64,000 nucleotides of DNA from Alphaproteobacteria bacterium (GTDB lineage: Bacteria; Pseudomonadota; Alphaproteobacteria; UBA828), in the NCBI GenBank assembly GCA_965237415.1, contig CBDEFM010000002.1, positions 1,120,001 to 1,184,000 on the forward strand, in the 5' to 3' direction. The notes under the pieces are model-generated. The model saw nothing but the letters and a program-made list of their open reading frames with translations. It was not told where the DNA came from and made no database searches. This document shows, piece after piece, positions 58,518 through 64,000 of this stretch (positions are counted from its first letter, which is position 1; the number at the start of each line of letters is the position of its first letter). The translations under genes were made by a program, and so were the position numbers.

Positions 58518-60437
58518 ATGCCCTCACGCGACACCACACTCGCGCTCGAAAGCCGCGCCATGAGTCCAGGTGTGGACCCGGTCACCTTCTCCGTGCTGCT
58601 CCACGCCATCGGCGAGGCATCGAGCGAGATGACGACGGTGCTCCAGCATGGCGCGCGCAGCACCATCATCTCGATCGCGCGCGACCACTCGGCCTCGATC
58701 TACACCGCCGAAGCCCAGATGCTCTATCAGAACGACGCTCTTCCGATTCACACCATTGGCGGCGGGCTCAACATCGAGGCGATCAAGGAGGAATTCGGCG
58801 ACGACATCAACCACGGCGACATCTTCATGATCAACGACCCCTATTTGGGGACGACCCACAACTCCGACCTCACCGTCATCATGCCGGTGTTCGTAGACGG
58901 CGAGCACCTGTTCTGGACGGCGGTGCGGGCGCATCAGAACAATACCGGCGAGGCCTCCTTCGGCTATGCCTCGACCAGCGTGTGGCAGGACGGCATTCAG
59001 ATTCCGCCCGTGCGCATCTTCGAGCGCGGTCGCGAGATACGCAGCACGATCCGCTTCTATCTGCGCAACGTCCGTCTTCCCGATTGGCTCGAAGCCGACC
59101 TCAGGGCCATGGTCGGCGCGGTTCGCGCCGGCGCCGCTCGGCTTCAGGAAATGACGGAGACCCACGGCATCGATGTCGTCGTGCCGACCCTGGCCGAGAT
59201 GATCAACTATGCCGAGCGCCGCACGGCCGCCGAGATCCGCGCGCTGCCCGATGGCGTCTATCACGGGGAGGGATGGATCGACAGCGACGGCCAGGGCACG
59301 CACAACATCCGAATCGCCTGCACCGTGACGATCGACGACGACACGATCCACGTCGACTTTTCGGGCAGCGACCCCCAGGCCGGCGGCCACTGCAACGCGA
59401 CCGTGGCCACGATGGAGGCCTGCGGCAGCATTCCGGTGCTCACCATCATCGACCCCACCATCCCGCGCAACGAGGGATGCACGCGCCGCATCCGGGTCAC
59501 GGCGCCTGTGGGTTCGGTGGCGAACGCGCGTTGGCCCGCGAGCACGTGGTGGGGCACCGTCAATCCCGGCGATATTCTGATCGAGGCCGCCTGGAAGGCG
59601 CTGGCCCAAGCGGCGCCGGATAGCGTACCCGCGGGCTGGGGGCGCTGTCAGCAACGTCTCTCCATGGGCGACGACAATCGGGTGAGCCCGTCGGTGCCCT
59701 TTGCCGCATCGATTTTCGTCGCGGCGTCCGGCGGCGGGGCCTGCTGCGGTGCCGACGGCTGGCCGCTCACCCAGTGCGTCTGCTGCTTGGGCGGCATGCA
59801 GACGGAATCGGTGGAGATGGTGGAGCTGCTCCAGCCGCTCTTCGTGGAATACAATGAGTTCCTGGCCGACAGTGCCGGCGCCGGCACCTGGATCGGCGGC
59901 CACGGTATCGAGACCAGCGTCAGGCCGATCGACGGCATCCTCTACATGAAATTCGAGTACGAGGGCACCTTCAACCCGCCCTTCGGCCTGTTCGGCGGCC
60001 TGCCCGGCAACGGCGGCTGCAAGTACAAGGAACGCGCGGACGGTACCCGCCGCTTCTACATGGCGCATCCGGACCCGGACGTCATCGACGAGGGCGAGCG
60101 CTATGTGACAGTCACCACTGGCGGCGGGGGATACGGCAATCCTTTCGCCCGGCCCGCGTCGTCGGTGCGGGAGCTTGTAGTGGACGAGCTCCTGACCGTT
60201 GCGGCGGCGCGCGAGAGGTTCGGCGTCGCGATCGACCCGGTCACACTTGAGATCGATGAAGGCGAGACCGACACCCTCCGGCGCAGGCGGGGCAGCGCTG
60301 TGGAACAGCCGTTGTGGCTGCCGCAGAAGGCCGGAGAGGGGGAGTATTGGAAGGAGCGGTTTCGCGAGGGGGACGAGCTGGTGTGGGAAACCATGCCGAC
60401 CGCGCTGCGGCTCGGCCTCTCACCGGAGGCGCGGTAG
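58518..60437 (+). CDS. Hydantoinase B / oxoprolinase family protein (close paralogue of 53765-55720)
   Basis: Colinear with the first copy; both end L.LGLSPEAR; start 58518 or 58560. Confidence 0.9.
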   Translation: MPSRDTTLALESRAMSPGVDPVTFSVLLHAIGEASSEMTTVLQHGARSTIISIARDHSASIYTAEAQMLYQNDALPIHTIGGGLNIEAIKEEFGDDINHGDIFMINDPYLGTTHNSDLTVIMPVFVDGEHLFWTAVRAHQNNTGEASFGYASTSVWQDGIQIPPVRIFERGREIRSTIRFYLRNVRLPDWLEADLRAMVGAVRAGAARLQEMTETHGIDVVVPTLAEMINYAERRTAAEIRALPDGVYHGEGWIDSDGQGTHNIRIACTVTIDDDTIHVDFSGSDPQAGGHCNATVATMEACGSIPVLTIIDPTIPRNEGCTRRIRVTAPVGSVANARWPASTWWGTVNPGDILIEAAWKALAQAAPDSVPAGWGRCQQRLSMGDDNRVSPSVPFAASIFVAASGGGACCGADGWPLTQCVCCLGGMQTESVEMVELLQPLFVEYNEFLADSAGAGTWIGGHGIETSVRPIDGILYMKFEYEGTFNPPFGLFGGLPGNGGCKYKERADGTRRFYMAHPDPDVIDEGERYVTVTTGGGGYGNPFARPASSVRELVVDELLTVAAARERFGVAIDPVTLEIDEGETDTLRRRRGSAVEQPLWLPQKAGEGEYWKERFREGDELVWETMPTALRLGLSPEAR

Positions 60438-61682
60438 ACGGCGGAACCGCTTCACGTCGAAGGGGGCAAGGTCGAGGCGCGGCGGCCTTTCGGCGACGAG
60501 ATCGGCAATCACCTCCGCGGTCTTCGCGGCGCCGATGAGCCCCTGGTGCCCATGCCCGAAGGCGAACAGCACCGCCGGATGGCGCGGCGCCCGGCAGAGC
60601 ACGGGGAGGCTATCCGGCGTGCACGGCCTCTCGCCCATCCACGTCGTATGTTCCCCAACATTGAGCGCGGGAATCGTGGCCTTGGCATGACGAGAGAGCG
60701 CCTCGGCGCGCTTGCTGTTTGGCGGTGCACCATCGCGCGCGAACTCGACGGTGCCGCCGATCCTGATCCCCATCGCCATGGGCACGATGGTCGCAGCGTG
60801 GGCGAGCGGCAGGACGACCCTGCCCAGCGCGACGCCAGGATTGGTGAAGGTCACGTGATAGCCGCGCTGCGCCACGAGAGGAACAGGGTAGCCCAGCCCG
60901 GCAACCAGCGGCTTGGACCACACACCGGCCGCAACGACGACGACATCGTGGTCGTGCCTTTCGCCGCCGGCCTCGATGGCGGCGTGTTCGCTCTCCACGG
61001 CCAGTATTCGGTCGACGCACGCGCGCCTCAACGAACCGCCTTGGCGCTCGAAATGCTCTGCCAGCCCGGTGACGAGGCGGTGCGGGTCGAGGGTATGCGC
61101 AGCCGCCGGCACGAACACGCCTTTGGTGAACCCCGGCGCGAGCTCAGGCTCCAGGTCGCGAAGGCCGCCGGCATCGAGCACCTCGACCCGGTGGCCCGCC
61201 GCCCGCTGCAGCGAGACGGTGAGGCCGTCGCCGGCGCTCTCCTGCCCAATAGGGTCGACATAGAGCATGCCCCGCCTCTGGACCAGCGCGTCGAGGCCGG
61301 CCTCGTGCAAGAGCGGCATGAGCAGATCGAGAGTAGGCCCATTGAGCGCGGCCAGCGCCGCCGAGATCGCGCGCACCCTGTCTTCGCGGCCCGCACGCAG
61401 GAAGGCGATGAGCCAGGGCACAAGGCGCGGGAGCTCGCGCCAGTCGAGATAGAGCGGGCCGGTTTCATCGAGCAGCCAGCGGGGCACCTTCCTGACGAGA
61501 CCCGGCATCGCCACGGGCATCACGGCAGCAGGCGACAGCACACCGGAGTTGCCGAAGGAGGCACCGGAGCCAGGCGCATCGCGGTCGTAGAGCGTGACCT
61601 CGTGGCCCTCGCGTCTCAGGAAACACGCGGCGACGGTTCCGATGATGCCGGCACCGATGACCGCGACGGATCGTGCAGTCAT
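60420..61682 (-). CDS. FAD-dependent D-amino acid dehydrogenase-like (DadA family)
   Basis: IGAGIIG, ASFGNSG, RGYH, WMG.RP.TPDS.P, GHGH.G. Confidence 0.92.
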   Translation of the reverse strand: MTARSVAVIGAGIIGTVAACFLRREGHEVTLYDRDAPGSGASFGNSGVLSPAAVMPVAMPGLVRKVPRWLLDETGPLYLDWRELPRLVPWLIAFLRAGREDRVRAISAALAALNGPTLDLLMPLLHEAGLDALVQRRGMLYVDPIGQESAGDGLTVSLQRAAGHRVEVLDAGGLRDLEPELAPGFTKGVFVPAAAHTLDPHRLVTGLAEHFERQGGSLRRACVDRILAVESEHAAIEAGGERHDHDVVVVAAGVWSKPLVAGLGYPVPLVAQRGYHVTFTNPGVALGRVVLPLAHAATIVPMAMGIRIGGTVEFARDGAPPNSKRAEALSRHAKATIPALNVGEHTTWMGERPCTPDSLPVLCRAPRHPAVLFAFGHGHQGLIGAAKTAEVIADLVAERPPRLDLAPFDVKRFRRLPRLR

Positions 61683-61800
61683 GAAACTCCCTGCCAGGAA
61701 CGACCTTGACGGCGCACGCCGAACGTTACACTAGCCGGGGAGCGCGGTCCGTCACGGCGTGATGCCGGGTGGTCCCTCGATTGTGTCCGGAGTTCTGCAG

Positions 61801-63495
61801 GTGGCGGAAGCGTTCGACTACGTGATCGTTGGCGGTGGATCGGCGGGCGCCGTGCTGGCCCATCGCCTTTCGACCGACCCGGCGAAGCGGGTGGCCCTTC
61901 TCGAAGCGGGCCCGGACACGCCGCCGGAGACGGTGCCCGACATCATCCTCGACAGCTACCCGGGCCGTGCCTACTTCGATCGGCGCTTTCATTGGCACGA
62001 CCTGCGCGTCTACAACCGCTCGCCCGAAATCGACCCGTCCCAGAAGCCGAGCCGCTTCGAGCAGGCCCGCGTCATGGGCGGCGGCTCTTCCATCAACGGC
62101 CAGTTCGCCGTGCGCGGGATGAGGGGCGACTACGACGAGTGGGAGGAGATGGGGCTCGCCGGCTGGTCCCATAAGGGTCTCCTGCCCTACTTCAACAAGC
62201 TGGAGCGGGATGTCGATTTCGCCGGGGAGGGCCACGGCAGCGCCGGACGCATTCCCGTGCGCCGCCTGTTTCCGGACGAATGGGGTGGGTTCAGCCGTGC
62301 GGCCTTGGCGGCGATGCAGGAGGACGGCCTTCCCCTTGGCGGGGATGTCAACGGCAACGACGCCGACGGCTGCTATCCGGTGCCGCTCTCCAACCAGTAC
62401 GACCGCCGCGTCTCCACGGCGATCGGCTATCTCGACGCCGCGACCCGCCGCCGGCGCAATCTCGCCATTCATGCCGAGACCACGGTCACCCGCATCCTCG
62501 TGGAGGATGGGCGGGCACAAGGCGTTGAGGCGGTGAGCCGAGGGAAGACCGTCCGCTTCGATGCGCGGGAGACGATCGTCTCCGCCGGCGCGCTTCATTC
62601 CCCTGCCCTGCTCCTTCGCGCCGGGATCGGCCCGGCAGAGCACCTGCGCTCGCTCGGCATCGAGGTCGTGGCCGACCTGCCGGGCGTCGGCGGCAATCTT
62701 CTGGAGCACGCGAGCGTCAGCGTCGCGGCCCATCTCAAGCCGGAGGCGCGCGTGCCGGTCGGCCAGCGCCGCCACATCTATTTCGGGGCGCGGTTCTCCT
62801 CCGGGCTGCAGGGATGCCCGCCGGGCGACATGCTCTTCATGCCGACCAACTCCGCAGGCTGGCATCCGCTGGGCCAGGCGATGGGCACGATGCTCCTGGC
62901 GGTCAACAAGTCCTACTCGCGGGGCACGGTGCGCCTCCATACTCCGTCGCCGCATGACGAGCCGCGCGTCGATCTCAACATGCTCTCGGACGAGCGCGAT
63001 CTCGTGCGCCTGGTCGACGGGTTCCGCCGCCTCTACGCGATCATGGAATCCGACGCGATCAAGGATCAGGTGACCGTGTGGTTCCTCGCGGGCTACTCCG
63101 ACACCGTCCGCCGTCTGATGGTGCCCTCGGCGGGAACCTGGCTGAAGACCGCCGCGGCGCGTGCGCTTCTCGACCTCGGCGCGCCCGGCCGCATGCTGCT
63201 CAGGCGCAAGCTGACCGGCGGCCGCGATGTCCACCGCACGGTCAAGGACGAGAGCGCGCTCGCGGACTGGGTCAAGGCATCGGTCTGGCCTGGCTGGCAT
63301 GTGTGCGGGACCTGCCGCATGGGCCCCGACGGCGACCTGCTGGCGGTCCTGGACGGCGAATGCCGCGTGCGCGGCGTGGCGGGGCTCAGGGTCGTGGACG
63401 CGTCGGTGATGCCGACGATCCCGCGCGCCAACACCAATCTCACGACGATCGCGATCGCCGAGAAGATCGCCGACGGGTTGCGAATGTCGTCATGA
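61801..63495 (+). CDS. GMC oxidoreductase
   Basis: VGGGSAG, GGGSSING, GVGGNL.EH, H..GTCRMG, LRVVDAS.MP, NTN. Confidence 0.93.
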   Translation: MAEAFDYVIVGGGSAGAVLAHRLSTDPAKRVALLEAGPDTPPETVPDIILDSYPGRAYFDRRFHWHDLRVYNRSPEIDPSQKPSRFEQARVMGGGSSINGQFAVRGMRGDYDEWEEMGLAGWSHKGLLPYFNKLERDVDFAGEGHGSAGRIPVRRLFPDEWGGFSRAALAAMQEDGLPLGGDVNGNDADGCYPVPLSNQYDRRVSTAIGYLDAATRRRRNLAIHAETTVTRILVEDGRAQGVEAVSRGKTVRFDARETIVSAGALHSPALLLRAGIGPAEHLRSLGIEVVADLPGVGGNLLEHASVSVAAHLKPEARVPVGQRRHIYFGARFSSGLQGCPPGDMLFMPTNSAGWHPLGQAMGTMLLAVNKSYSRGTVRLHTPSPHDEPRVDLNMLSDERDLVRLVDGFRRLYAIMESDAIKDQVTVWFLAGYSDTVRRLMVPSAGTWLKTAAARALLDLGAPGRMLLRRKLTGGRDVHRTVKDESALADWVKASVWPGWHVCGTCRMGPDGDLLAVLDGECRVRGVAGLRVVDASVMPTIPRANTNLTTIAIAEKIADGLRMSS

Positions 63496-63884
63496 TCTGG
63501 CCGCAGGCAAATGGGATGACATCGGGGAACAATAAGCCGACCGCATGATCGACATCCTGTGCCGCTCCGCGCCGGACATGCAGGATCACATTGTCGACCG
63601 CGACGCGATCACACCGCTCGATTAGGACCGGCGGCCGCCTCGACACCCTCGCCAAGGACTTGATGTCGACGGCCGCAAGAGTCCGCAATCGAGCCTGCGC
63701 CACCGCCGGTTCCCAAGTGCCGCTCCAGCGATGCGTAGGCGTTGCGCCGCTCCTGAATTCCCGAGCGGTTGTCGCACAAAGGGTCACTGCCTATGATGGC
63801 TGCGCTGGATATCCAGGCGCGTCTGCCAATGGGCAACAACAACAATATGCGCGCGATCGGCAAAACAAACGGGAGGCTACGGAA

Positions 63885-64000
63885 ATGAGAAATTACCTGC
63901 GCAATGCGGCGCTCGGGGCCGCGGCTCTGGCCCTTCTCGCGGGCGGCATGACGCCGGCCGGGACCGCCATCGCGGACGAGAAGATAAAGGTCTATGTGAG
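63885..64000 (+). CDS. Secreted protein, probably an ABC substrate-binding protein (runs off the window)
   Basis: GGGAGG RBS; MRNYLRNAALGAAALALLAGGMTPAGTAIADEKIKVYV signal peptide. Confidence 0.6.
   Translation, partial: MRNYLRNAALGAAALALLAGGMTPAGTAIADEKIKVYV

Noticed and set aside
63440-63863. Short minus-strand ORFs after the GMC gene
   Set aside because: No recognisable motifs; more likely intergenic DNA or a degraded remnant

Overview
GC-rich alphaproteobacterial chromosome segment (Rhodospirillales-like, inferred from pcm-tolC and priA-fsa-xerC synteny). (1) About 0.8-13 kb, minus strand: a Mu-like (transposable siphophage-type) late operon reduced to its tail. A protease/scaffold gene is fused by an apparent deletion to the 3' half of a virion-morphogenesis gene. 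It is followed by intact genes for the tail terminator, tail tube, G/GT chaperone with a -1 slippery site, an unusually short 272-aa tape measure, a distal tail protein, a multidomain DUF1833 protein, NlpC/P60, a J-like tip and a collar fibre. No capsid, portal, terminase, transposase or lysis gene is seen in this window. The locus carries many palindromic repeats and a MITE, all intergenic or in frame, so it is a candidate domesticated headless tail particle. (2) 14-28 kb: housekeeping and metabolic genes, including a HisD paralogue and an ABC-ATPase-fold protein that has lost all catalytic motifs. (3) 28.6-29.8 kb: a PIN toxin with an unusually large partner. (4) 30-64 kb: catabolic and transport clusters (two hydantoinase/oxoprolinase systems, a branched-chain-type ABC operon with two membrane modules, a sugar-type ABC, TauD, sulfurtransferase, DadA, GMC) and a 5'-truncated ISNCY/IS1202-type element. 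No tRNA, rRNA or CRISPR array was recognised. All family assignments come from motif recognition by eye, not database searches.
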